64,000 bases of DNA from an uncultured Ruminiclostridium sp. (GTDB lineage: Bacteria; Bacillota; Clostridia; Oscillospirales; Ruminococcaceae), in contig CAJTTE010000004.1 of NCBI GenBank assembly GCA_910579265.1, forward strand, positions 30,449-94,448, given 5' to 3'. Under the pieces are notes generated by a model. It made no database searches. It saw only the letters and a list, made by a program, of their open reading frames with translations, and was not told the DNA's origin. Of this stretch, positions 19,856 to 28,583 are shown piece by piece; the stretch's first letter is position 1; every line of letters begins with the position of its first letter. The position numbers and the translations under genes are program-made.

Positions 19856-21814
19856 TTAGGATTGCGGTAATATAAATTGCGCATGGTTTCCCGCCATAAC
19901 CTGATCCATTACATCAAGCGCTAAAGGCTCAGATGACAGCAAGTCGCCTGTTTTGGCGTCTGATTTTGAAAAATACAGCACATCGTCCTTCTTCCCCAGA
20001 CTGTAATGATAGTTTTTCTCATCGGAAAGGCAGTAAGCACAATTGTTCGAATAATCAATGACCACAATGCTTCTGCTCGATATTTCCGGTTCCCCTTTTT
20101 GAGATAAGCATATTCCCGCACATATTTCAAGCTTTCCGTCTTTGTTCAGGTCGCAAAGGTAAATAGACGTTATGCTTTTGCAGCGGAAAAGAGGACGGGA
20201 AGCATCTCCTTCCTTTACATACAAGCCTGTTCCGTTAACGTCATCGGGATCGTAAGTAAAGAGTATGCCGGGAAAATCCTCCATGTCAAATTCAAGAGGT
20301 ATATCCCACAGACTGCCGTCGCCCGAAACCGTTAAATCTCTTATTTTTATAACCTTTTCGGAGGACTCGGGCTCAGATACGGGGTCGTTCTCGGATTCGT
20401 CCTTGAGAGAGTATTCGGTCATTTTATCAAGAGTGAGAATATCCGCCGAAAAATCATCGGAATAATAACCGCTTTGCATGTAAGAAACGCAGTACTTATA
20501 TTCCAGCTCGCCGTTTCTCTCCTGTAAAAAGTAATCGTACTTTCCCCTGTCGGAAAGGAAATACATTTTATCCTCAGCATAATCAAGCACCCAGATGAGA
20601 TTATTTACAAGACCAGAACCAAAGCTTATTTCGGTGCATATCTCCCGCTTCCCGTCACCGCTCAGGTCGCACAGATAGGTTGCTCCGGGATTAACATAAA
20701 CGCCCGTTCCTCCGGCAAGATAGCTCCTTTCCTCGGAAGCTCCGGGTGTGCGGACATAAAGCCGGCCGTTTTCTATACCGAATACCTTTCCCTCAAACTC
20801 GCCCATCTCGAATTCAATGATTACGTTTGAGGAACAAGTGTGCCTCAGATCAAGCTCCTTCGCAATATCAATGACCTTTTTGTACTCGATCTCATAGGGC
20901 GGGCGCTTTTCCGTAACCGCCGCCGCCAGCCTTTCTTCAAGCTCGCTGTAAACGCTTTCGTTAAAAACTGCGGGAGCCACTACGCCGTTTGTGTTTTCTC
21001 TGTACTCAAAAGAAGCGTTTTCCCTGCCGGGTACGGGATAGCGTCCCTCATAGTCGTTTACCGGGCAATATGCGTTGTAGCCGTAAATGTCTTCCGGGTA
21101 GCTGGGGGCATCCTTCAGAAAGTAAACCCAGGAATCCCCCATGATCATAGGGGTAAGCTGAGAGAAGGAGTAAAAGCCGCCCTCGTCCTCGGCGGGGTCA
21201 TAGTCCCCCACGGTATACGGCATGGCAATAACGATTTCGTCCCCCTCCCATGCCTTGCCGTTTCCTTTCAGCACCTTTTCCACCTTAAGGGTATTGAAGG
21301 ATATATATCCGTTATAATAATCTGTCGATATGGACTCGACAAAATCGGGAATTTTGTTCGTCTCGGCAACCTGCCGGCTTTGGTCGGTAAAGGTTCCCAT
21401 AACGATAAGGCTGCTGTCCTCCGCCAGCTCTTCATAGCTTTTGTACTTGGATGCGCTGACAAAATCTGGAAGGTTATCGCCCATATAGTGCATATCAAGC
21501 TTTGAATAGTCTCCCGTATAGAGATACAGACTATCCGGATAACGGCTCATATTCACCAAGTTGACAGTGGTTTTATAGCCCTTCTCCTGCGTATTTGGGG
21601 ATATAACCGAGTCGGGGCGGAGGCTCACGCTTACCGCCGCCGCAATTACAGCCGCAGCTAACGCAATGCAGGCTGCCGCTGTGCAAATCGGTCTCATATA
21701 GGATTTTTTAGGTGTCACTATCATAGGAGCAAGAGCTTCTTCGCTTTGATTTGCCGATGCTACCATATTTTCGTCTATATCGGACAGTGCTTCAAAAAAT
21801 TCTTCACGTTTCAT
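19856..21814 (-). CDS. Membrane-anchored anti-sigma factor with a multidomain extracellular region
   Basis: N-terminal FFEALSDIDENMV motif, single TM, directly after the ECF sigma; two repeated domains with CDLxxDGKxEIC. Confidence 0.8.
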   Translation of the reverse strand: MKREEFFEALSDIDENMVASANQSEEALAPMIVTPKKSYMRPICTAAACIALAAAVIAAAVSVSLRPDSVISPNTQEKGYKTTVNLVNMSRYPDSLYLYTGDYSKLDMHYMGDNLPDFVSASKYKSYEELAEDSSLIVMGTFTDQSRQVAETNKIPDFVESISTDYYNGYISFNTLKVEKVLKGNGKAWEGDEIVIAMPYTVGDYDPAEDEGGFYSFSQLTPMIMGDSWVYFLKDAPSYPEDIYGYNAYCPVNDYEGRYPVPGRENASFEYRENTNGVVAPAVFNESVYSELEERLAAAVTEKRPPYEIEYKKVIDIAKELDLRHTCSSNVIIEFEMGEFEGKVFGIENGRLYVRTPGASEERSYLAGGTGVYVNPGATYLCDLSGDGKREICTEISFGSGLVNNLIWVLDYAEDKMYFLSDRGKYDYFLQERNGELEYKYCVSYMQSGYYSDDFSADILTLDKMTEYSLKDESENDPVSEPESSEKVIKIRDLTVSGDGSLWDIPLEFDMEDFPGILFTYDPDDVNGTGLYVKEGDASRPLFRCKSITSIYLCDLNKDGKLEICAGICLSQKGEPEISSRSIVVIDYSNNCAYCLSDEKNYHYSLGKKDDVLYFSKSDAKTGDLLSSEPLALDVMDQVMAGNHAQFILPQS

Positions 21815-22371
21815 TTAAATCATTCCTTTCTTCTCCAGATGCTTCTTAAGTTTTTTTCGTATACGGTTAAGAATAACAGAGACATTGGATTGTGTAAGAC
21901 CGTTAATAAGTGCTATTTCCTTTACGCTGTCACAGTACCAGTAGCGGCGGATGAAAATGTTCCGTTTCAATAAAGGAAGCTTTTTTAAAAAAACGTTTAT
22001 TTCATTTATAAGTTCTTTGTATTCCGGCTCGGTTTCGATCGCGGAATCCGACGGAATAACTTCTGACAGCTCATCAAGTATTAACGCTGTTTTACTGCCT
22101 CTGCGTTTTTCCGCGCACTGCATTCTGTATCTGTTTATGGCGAGGTTTCTGGTTAGTTTTCCGAGAAAGGCGGAAAGCTGCTGCGGATGATTTGGAGGGA
22201 TAAGCTCCCATGCTTTAAGAAATGCATCGTTGACGCATTCCTCGGAATCTTCCCGGGAATCCAATATATTCATAGCTATTTTGGTGCAGTATGCGGTATA
22301 TTTTTCGGAAACGGCTGAAATCGCTTTTTCGTTTCTGCTGAAAAAAACTTTATTATTTCGTTACTTTCCAT
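21815..22371 (-). pseudogene. ECF sigma factor, frameshifted in a T7 tract (22341-22347)
   Basis: ATG 22371 gives MESNEIIK; one extra T restores ..SRNEKAISAVSEKY..AMNILDSREDSEECVND..FIRRYWYCDSVKEIA. Confidence 0.8.
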
Positions 22372-22408
22372 AATGTTACCTTTCCTTTGAAAGTCAGCAT
22401 GCTTGCTT

Positions 22409-22446
22409 TTCACTTATATACACGTATTTTAATATTGAATCTTACA
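22409..22446 (-). promoter_or_regulatory. Putative ECF autoregulatory promoter, copy 1
   Basis: TGTAA-N20-GTATATAAGTGAA, similar to motifs before the other two ECF genes. Confidence 0.55.
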
Positions 22447-22479
22447 GTTTTTTGAAAAAATACGGATGATGGCGGGTTA

Positions 22480-22620
22480 ATACTAATACCCAACTGAAAA
22501 CTGACAATCTTTGCGGTCTGATTTTTGCAATGCTGCGTTGTCGTCCTTGCAAGGCGTCAGCCTTGTCTTGCAAAAATCATCCTTACAAATCTTTGTCTGT
22601 TTTCAATCGGGAATTAGTAT
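22480..22620. repeat. Dispersed palindromic element family 4, copy a
   Basis: Ends ATACTAATACCCAACTGAAAAC / GTTTTCAATCGGGAATTAGTAT, inner IR GATTTTTGCAA/TTGCAAAAATC, apex GTTGTCGTCCTT-GCAAGGC-GTCA-GCCTTG. Confidence 0.75.
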
Positions 22621-22797
22621 AACGTGTGATTTCCCGGGCTGAAATCATGAATAAACGTGCCTTTATCGACAATCAATGTTATTTAAAATAGAAAAAAAGA
22701 ATATTTTAAAATCAAAGTCGTGTGTGATTTTAATGAATGAATAAAAAATAGATCGGCGGAATGAGCCGATCTATTTTTTAATCTATATGCTTAAATT

Positions 22798-23436
22798 TTA
22801 TATTTTTGAATATCCATAGGCGTTTATAAGCGCGTCAACCTTTTGTTTTTCCTTGCACATAGGGCAATCGGCAGGGGAATGGCTGGCATATCCGGGAATG
22901 TCGTCGGGGGTAAACAGTGAATGTATTTTTATTCCCGCCACCTGGTCAATAGCACTGAAAAGTGCGGTTACTCCCACTAAATTGCCGCTGTAGTATTTAA
23001 GGCATTCCATGGAACGGCTTATGGTCCAGCCTGTAGAAGCACTGGATATGAGCAGAAGGACACGCTTGTTCCATATCATCGGCTGTGTGTCGTCACGGAA
23101 TATCATCTGATTATTACTGTCAAGCTCGGGAGTTATAACGCAGATATCGTTTCCGTAATTTATGGCATGCGTAGAGCCGCCGCTGAGGTTTTCCGCAAGG
23201 AATGCTCCTATCATCTGTGTTCCTTCAAGACAAACTATGGTATCAATAGGGGTGGCGTTATAGACGCTTTCCAGCACCTCGGCAGTTTCCTTTGCGTTTT
23301 TAAGCTTACGTTTCATTTTGTTGAGATCAATGTAATAATTTACATGGGAGTGGTTGGTGGCAAAATGTCCGGGTATTATTCCAAGCTTTATGTGTTTATG
23401 CTTGCTGTATGTGATTTCCCTCATGCGCGTTTCCAT
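22798..23436 (-). CDS. Type I phosphoribosyltransferase-fold protein (orotate PRT-like)
   Basis: GHFATNHSHVNYYID, DTIVCLEG, atypical PRPP loop VLLLISSASTG, C-terminal CPMC. Confidence 0.75.
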   Translation of the reverse strand: METRMREITYSKHKHIKLGIIPGHFATNHSHVNYYIDLNKMKRKLKNAKETAEVLESVYNATPIDTIVCLEGTQMIGAFLAENLSGGSTHAINYGNDICVITPELDSNNQMIFRDDTQPMIWNKRVLLLISSASTGWTISRSMECLKYYSGNLVGVTALFSAIDQVAGIKIHSLFTPDDIPGYASHSPADCPMCKEKQKVDALINAYGYSKI

Positions 23437-23823
23437 ATAATTGTTTACTCCTTTCGCAAATCACCGGTTTGGTTTTGTTGGGAAAAGTGCCGTGTATTTA
23501 TAATATCACATTATACGAAAAAAATCAATTCTGAATAAGAAATTTATACTATTTGCACAAATAAATGCTTGTTATTTTTATATCAAAATCGCTGTTTTTT
23601 TTCTAAAAAAGGCATTTTTTGTTAGTAATCAACAAAAATGTATCGTTTTATTCTATGCTTGATATGAAAAAAATACAAAAATATACTGGATTTTTTTTTG
23701 AGGTTATAGTATAATCATTATAACGTGTTTTTTAAAATGCGAAAAAATCCCGAGGCTTGATTTGAATGTGTCAGAACTTTGTTTTTCAAAGCGCCTCAAA
23801 GAAGGAAGGAACGGTTATTGAGT

Positions 23824-25890
23824 ATGAAACCTTATAAATGCAAAAACATCAGAAATGTAGCTCTTGCAGGTCACGGTGGAAGCGGAAAGACCTCCCTTGC
23901 CGAAGCGCTGATGTATGTCAGCGGCGGGCTTGACAGAATGGGAAAGGTGTCGGAGGGAAGCACTGTATGCGACTTCGATCCTGATGAAATCAAGCGTAAA
24001 ATATCTCTGAACGCTTCTATGGCATATGCTGAGTGGAAGGACATTAAAATAAATATTATAGATACTCCCGGTCAGTTTGATTTTGTGGGTGAAATGAACG
24101 AGGGTATAAGAGCGGCGGAAAGCGTTATTATTACCCTTCCCGCCAAGGACGGAGTCCAGGTAGGAACCATTAAGGCTTTTAATGAGGCTAAGCTGAATAA
24201 AAAGGCATCGATGTTCGTGGTAACGAGGATGGAGGAGGAAAACTCCAATTTCTATAAATGCCTTGAGGAAATGAAGACAAACTTCGGTCCTACCATATGC
24301 CCGATAGTAGTACCTTTTGACAAGTACGGAAAGGTAGAAAGCTACATAAACCTTCTTGAGATGAAGGCTTATGAGTACAGTGAGGGCGGAAAGCGTAAAG
24401 AAGTGGAAATGCCCGCCTCTGAAAACCGTCTGAAGGGTCTCCGCGCGGCTATGGCCGAGGCAATAGCAGAGACTGACGAGGATCTTATGATGAGATACTT
24501 CGAAAACGAGGGCGAGGATTTTACCTTTGCCGAAATCGTAAAGGGTATTCATGACGGTATCGATCAGGGCGTTATAACACCTGTTGTCTGCTGTTCCGGG
24601 GATACGCTCGCTTCCGTGGATATGCTTCTGGATACTATCGTGTATATGCTTCCCAGCGCCGACGAACGTCCCGGTGAGCCTAAGAAGGAAGAATATGTAA
24701 AATATGATGAGGATAAGCCTTTTTCCGCTTTTGTGTTCAAGACCGTTGCCGATCCATTCGTAGGAAAGATGAGTTTTGTCAAGGTCGTTGAAGGTAAGCT
24801 CAGTGCGGCGGCTTCCCTGGTCAATGCAACTACCGGTGAGGCCGAAAAGCCGGGTAAGCTTTTGGTGCTAAAGGGAAAGAAGCAGGAGGAGGTGTCCGAA
24901 GCATTTGCAGGAGATATAGTTGTTGTTACCAAGCTTAATGCGAATACCAACGACACTCTTTGCGATCCCTCAAACGTTGATAAGTACGTACCGATCATTT
25001 TCCCGCAGCCCTGTTTCTTTAAGGGCATCGCCGCCGTCAACAAGGCTGATGAAGGCAAGCTGGGAACGGCTTTAAGACGATTACTGGAAGAGGATCTGAC
25101 ACTTTCTTACGAGCATAATCACGAAACTCATCAGCGCATTCTGGGCGGTATGGGTGAACAGCATATCGAAGTATCGGTTCAGAAGCTTAAAAATAAATTC
25201 GGCGTTGACGTTGAGCTTTCTCAGCCTATTATTGCTTATCGCGAGACGATACGTAAAAAGGTAAGCGTGGAGGGCAAGCATAAGAAGCAGTCCGGCGGTC
25301 ACGGTCAGTACGGCCATGTCAAGATGGAGTTCGAGCCGGGCGATACCGATGATCTTGTATTTGATGAGAGAGTCGTTGGCGGAAGCGTACCGAAGAACTA
25401 TTTCCCCGCAGTTGAAAAAGGTCTTCAGGAGAGCATCGCTCATGGCGTATTGGCAGGTTATCCCGTTGTACGTCTTAAGGCTACGCTTTTTGACGGCTCA
25501 TATCACCCCGTAGACAGCTCGGAGCAGGCGTTTAAGATGGCGGCTCACATCGCATACAAGGCGGGGCTCCAACAGGCTTCACCCTGTCTCCTTGAGCCTA
25601 TTATGAGTCTTTCCATAATGATCCCGGATGATAACACGGGAGATGTTATGGGCGTTATCAATAAGCGCAGAGGTTCGGTTCTCGGTATGAATCCTGCGGC
25701 GAGCGGAATAACTCAGATAGACGCGGAGCTTCCTATGGCTGAGACGGGAGATTTCGCTACCGTCATCCGTCAGATGACGAGGGGCATGGGCGGCTTTACA
25801 ATGGAATTCGCAAGGTATGAACAGCTTCCATCCAATCTGGAGGCGGAGGTTATTGCAAACGCTCCTAAGTTCAGTGAGTATGAGGGATAA
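23824..25890 (+). CDS. fusA: Elongation factor G-like paralogue (EF-G2 type)
   Basis: GHGGSGKTS, DTPG, GMGEQH, YRETI, KKQSGGHGQYG, DGSYHPVDSS; not in a str operon; divergent G motifs. Confidence 0.88.
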   Translation: MKPYKCKNIRNVALAGHGGSGKTSLAEALMYVSGGLDRMGKVSEGSTVCDFDPDEIKRKISLNASMAYAEWKDIKINIIDTPGQFDFVGEMNEGIRAAESVIITLPAKDGVQVGTIKAFNEAKLNKKASMFVVTRMEEENSNFYKCLEEMKTNFGPTICPIVVPFDKYGKVESYINLLEMKAYEYSEGGKRKEVEMPASENRLKGLRAAMAEAIAETDEDLMMRYFENEGEDFTFAEIVKGIHDGIDQGVITPVVCCSGDTLASVDMLLDTIVYMLPSADERPGEPKKEEYVKYDEDKPFSAFVFKTVADPFVGKMSFVKVVEGKLSAAASLVNATTGEAEKPGKLLVLKGKKQEEVSEAFAGDIVVVTKLNANTNDTLCDPSNVDKYVPIIFPQPCFFKGIAAVNKADEGKLGTALRRLLEEDLTLSYEHNHETHQRILGGMGEQHIEVSVQKLKNKFGVDVELSQPIIAYRETIRKKVSVEGKHKKQSGGHGQYGHVKMEFEPGDTDDLVFDERVVGGSVPKNYFPAVEKGLQESIAHGVLAGYPVVRLKATLFDGSYHPVDSSEQAFKMAAHIAYKAGLQQASPCLLEPIMSLSIMIPDDNTGDVMGVINKRRGSVLGMNPAASGITQIDAELPMAETGDFATVIRQMTRGMGGFTMEFARYEQLPSNLEAEVIANAPKFSEYEG

Positions 25891-25920
25891 GGACTTTTAA
25901 AATCACTGATTAAATATTAT

Positions 25921-26077
25921 AGTCTATCTGAAAAGCCGAAATTTGCACAAACTCTGCTGACTGCGGGTGATTTCTCCGTTAAATGCTTGAAATATTACTG
26001 TATTTCTCCGCTTTTTCCTTGAAATAACCAAGTTTTCAGCGAATCAGTACGAAATTGTTTAATTTTCTGATACATCT
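25921..26077 (-). repeat. Family 1 element, copy d (short subtype)
   Basis: TCTGAAAAGCCG...TTGAAATATTACTGTATTTCTCCGCTTTTTCCTTGAAAT. Confidence 0.8.
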
Positions 26078-26220
26078 TAAAAGGCTGATTTACTCTGAAT
26101 TTAAGAGTAAATCAGCTGTTGATTAAGTATATTTGCAAAGGGCGACTTTAAACGCGTATCGGTATACATTGACATGAATGTTGATGGAAGTTCTGCATCA
26201 AAATGAAGGGGAGGGGCATA

Positions 26221-26700
26221 ATGAAAAAAATCAAATTAACAGATAAAAGCATTATTATTGATAAAATCAGCGCAATAAAGATTATTAAAGTTTTTTTAAC
26301 TTTGTTTGCCGGGATTGCATCTGTTTTACTTTTAAATTATTTCTTTGCATTTAATTTCTACGGATCGTTTTTTGAAAACGCTGTTTTGTTTGTTTTGGGC
26401 ATTATAATTACTCTGTGCGGACAAAGCATTTTGTTTGGTTTTATTAAATCTACATCAAAAAGACTTGCTTTATTATGTTCTTTAATAAGCTTGATTTTAG
26501 GTGCGCTTTTGTGTTTAAATTATTTTTCAGCCGTAGGCAATGAAGGTGTTCTGCCCGGATTTGAAGATAATATTATGTCTTCTCTTATTCTGGTATGCAT
26601 TTATCATTTTGTCTATTCGGTTGTAATTTTCGGGCTGTCTATGCTGATAATTTATATTTATAAAAAGATTTTTTCTGATAGGCAGTCGGTTCAAAGCTGA
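26221..26700 (+). CDS. Small integral membrane protein, AT-rich
   Basis: About four hydrophobic segments; GGAGG RBS before ATG 26221. Confidence 0.75.
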   Translation: MKKIKLTDKSIIIDKISAIKIIKVFLTLFAGIASVLLLNYFFAFNFYGSFFENAVLFVLGIIITLCGQSILFGFIKSTSKRLALLCSLISLILGALLCLNYFSAVGNEGVLPGFEDNIMSSLILVCIYHFVYSVVIFGLSMLIIYIYKKIFSDRQSVQS

Positions 26701-26733
26701 TCTTTCGTTAATATATAAGTTTATTATTGTTTT

Positions 26734-26763
26734 AAGAGCCTGCATTAATGCAGGCTCTTTTTT
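26734..26763 (+). terminator. Intrinsic terminator
   Basis: AAGAGCCTGCAT-TA-ATGCAGGCTCTTTTTT. Confidence 0.75.
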
Positions 26764-26793
26764 AAAAGAAGAATTGTGAAAATTATGTGAAAG

Positions 26794-26834
26794 TGCAACC
26801 CGAATATAGCCAAAACAATCTTAATAAGTGAAGG
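26794..26834 (+). promoter_or_regulatory. Putative ECF autoregulatory promoter, copy 2
   Basis: TGCAA-N21-CTTAATAAGTGAAGG, preceded by two TGTGAAA repeats. Confidence 0.6.
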
Positions 26835-26855
26835 GCCTTCAAAAAAATAAAGGAG

Positions 26856-27416
26856 GTGAAAAGCATAGAGGATCGGGAAATTATAGATCTGTTTATCGCC
26901 CGGGAGGAAGAGGCGGTGGATGAGATCAGGAAAAAATACGGCGGCTTGTGTTACAGCTTGGCCTTTAACATCCTGCACAGCGCCGAGGATTCCGAGGAAT
27001 GTGTTAATGACGCTTACATAAAACTATGGAACAATATTCCCCCCGCTCCGGACAACCTTAAGGCATTTATTTGCAGGGTAACGAAAAATTCGGCTTTAAC
27101 AAGACTTAAATATAATTCTGCGGGAAAGCGGGACGATAATTTAAAAATTTCGCTTTCGGAGATAGAAGACGCTTTAAGCGATAAAACCGCCGAAAGCAGA
27201 AGGGAAAGCGCGGAGATCGGGGAGCTTATAAGCGAATTTCTTCGTTCGCAAAAGCAGGAGGTAAGAAATGTGTTTATAAGGCGTTATTGGTTTATGGATT
27301 CGGTAAAGGAGATAGCGGGGAAGTATTCATTCAGCGAAAGCAAGGTAAAGTCCATGCTTTTTCATACCCGTAACAGGCTGAGAAAATATTTAAAGAAGGA
27401 GGGTATCGATATATGA
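26856..27416 (+). CDS. ECF sigma factor (GTG 26856 or, more likely, ATA 26865 start)
   Basis: EDREIIDLFIAREEEAV, EDSEECVNDAY, FIRRYWFMDSVKEIA, SKVKSMLFHTR; overlaps the anti-sigma start. Confidence 0.92.
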   Translation: MKSIEDREIIDLFIAREEEAVDEIRKKYGGLCYSLAFNILHSAEDSEECVNDAYIKLWNNIPPAPDNLKAFICRVTKNSALTRLKYNSAGKRDDNLKISLSEIEDALSDKTAESRRESAEIGELISEFLRSQKQEVRNVFIRRYWFMDSVKEIAGKYSFSESKVKSMLFHTRNRLRKYLKKEGIDI

Positions 27417-28441
27417 AGGAAAAAATATTTTTTAAGGTCATTGAATATATTGACGACGAGCTGATAAGCGAAGCGGCGGAATACCGGCCGGACATGGACG
27501 GCGGGGTGATTTTAAACGAGGATGAGGCTTATGGGGTTTCCACAAATGTTGTAAGGACACGGCGGTTATGGAAATATCCCGTTACGGTGATGGCTTTGTT
27601 GGGAATTGTGGGGGGAGCGGTGTTTATAATCAATTATAGCGGCATTATCATAGATAATGTTGGTGCGGCTACAGACACAGAAGACACGGAGTTAACCGTA
27701 AATACTGGTAACGACCAAGTTTTCACAGATACTGAAAAAACAGTTGATGAGACTATAAATACTACAATCAGTGAAACTACGCCGCATATTGTGCCAATAA
27801 AGATAACGGGACAAAGTTTTTATCGCGGTGTATTTCTTGATTCATATCCCGAAGTTCCATTGCCTGATATTGAGAATGGACATTTTATAGAAATGAGTAT
27901 TAAAGATCTTTTTGAATATTACAATTTCCCTGTTCACAACAATATATTAAACTTAATAGATAAAAAGGAATTGGTTGAAGTCACTAACGAGAATACTCAT
28001 CATGGTATTTATATCCTTCCTGATGGGAGTATATATGATATAAATACATTTACATTCGAGGCAACATATGATAGTATGTACCATGCAAAAAGATTTACTT
28101 TTACAGTTGGTAAGGAATCAACATTTGGTCAAGCATATTATAAATGCTATGATGAGGCACTAAAAAATCCTCAGCTCATGTCAAGTTATATTGCGTTTTA
28201 TAATGAAGAAAAAGATATTTTGTTTTCAATACGTAATGTTGACGGTATAACATATATGTTTTCTGGAACAGTTGATGAAATAGCAGGTGTTGATCGTATG
28301 GTTGATCTGGAAATGAAGGAAAGTTATAAAAAATATGATAATGATTTTAGAAATTCATGTGAAGGGTTACCAGCAGCTATAGAAAAGTTTTGTCAGACAA
28401 AGCGCTTATGGTTATACAATTGTTTTAATTCACAAAATTAG
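27413..28441 (+). CDS. Anti-sigma factor (single TM, extracellular domain), paralogue of 29841-30854
   Basis: IDDELISEA motif, WKYPVT before the TM helix, ATGA overlap with the sigma stop. Confidence 0.82.
   Translation: MKEKIFFKVIEYIDDELISEAAEYRPDMDGGVILNEDEAYGVSTNVVRTRRLWKYPVTVMALLGIVGGAVFIINYSGIIIDNVGAATDTEDTELTVNTGNDQVFTDTEKTVDETINTTISETTPHIVPIKITGQSFYRGVFLDSYPEVPLPDIENGHFIEMSIKDLFEYYNFPVHNNILNLIDKKELVEVTNENTHHGIYILPDGSIYDINTFTFEATYDSMYHAKRFTFTVGKESTFGQAYYKCYDEALKNPQLMSSYIAFYNEEKDILFSIRNVDGITYMFSGTVDEIAGVDRMVDLEMKESYKKYDNDFRNSCEGLPAAIEKFCQTKRLWLYNCFNSQN
27567..27587 (+). repeat. Left arm of an identical 21-bp inverted repeat
   Basis: TATGGAAATATCCCGTTACGG; exact reverse complement at 30683-30703. 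Confidence 0.9.
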
Positions 28442-28583
28442 ATGCAATGTTAAAGATATTAAATTTTAATAACAATTAAAATATTGTAATCAAAAATCAT
28501 ATATAAAGGGGGTGATTCCAATGTGGATATACAGATAATTTTAAACCAAAAACCGTAATTTAGACTATAGGAGGATATCTAAA

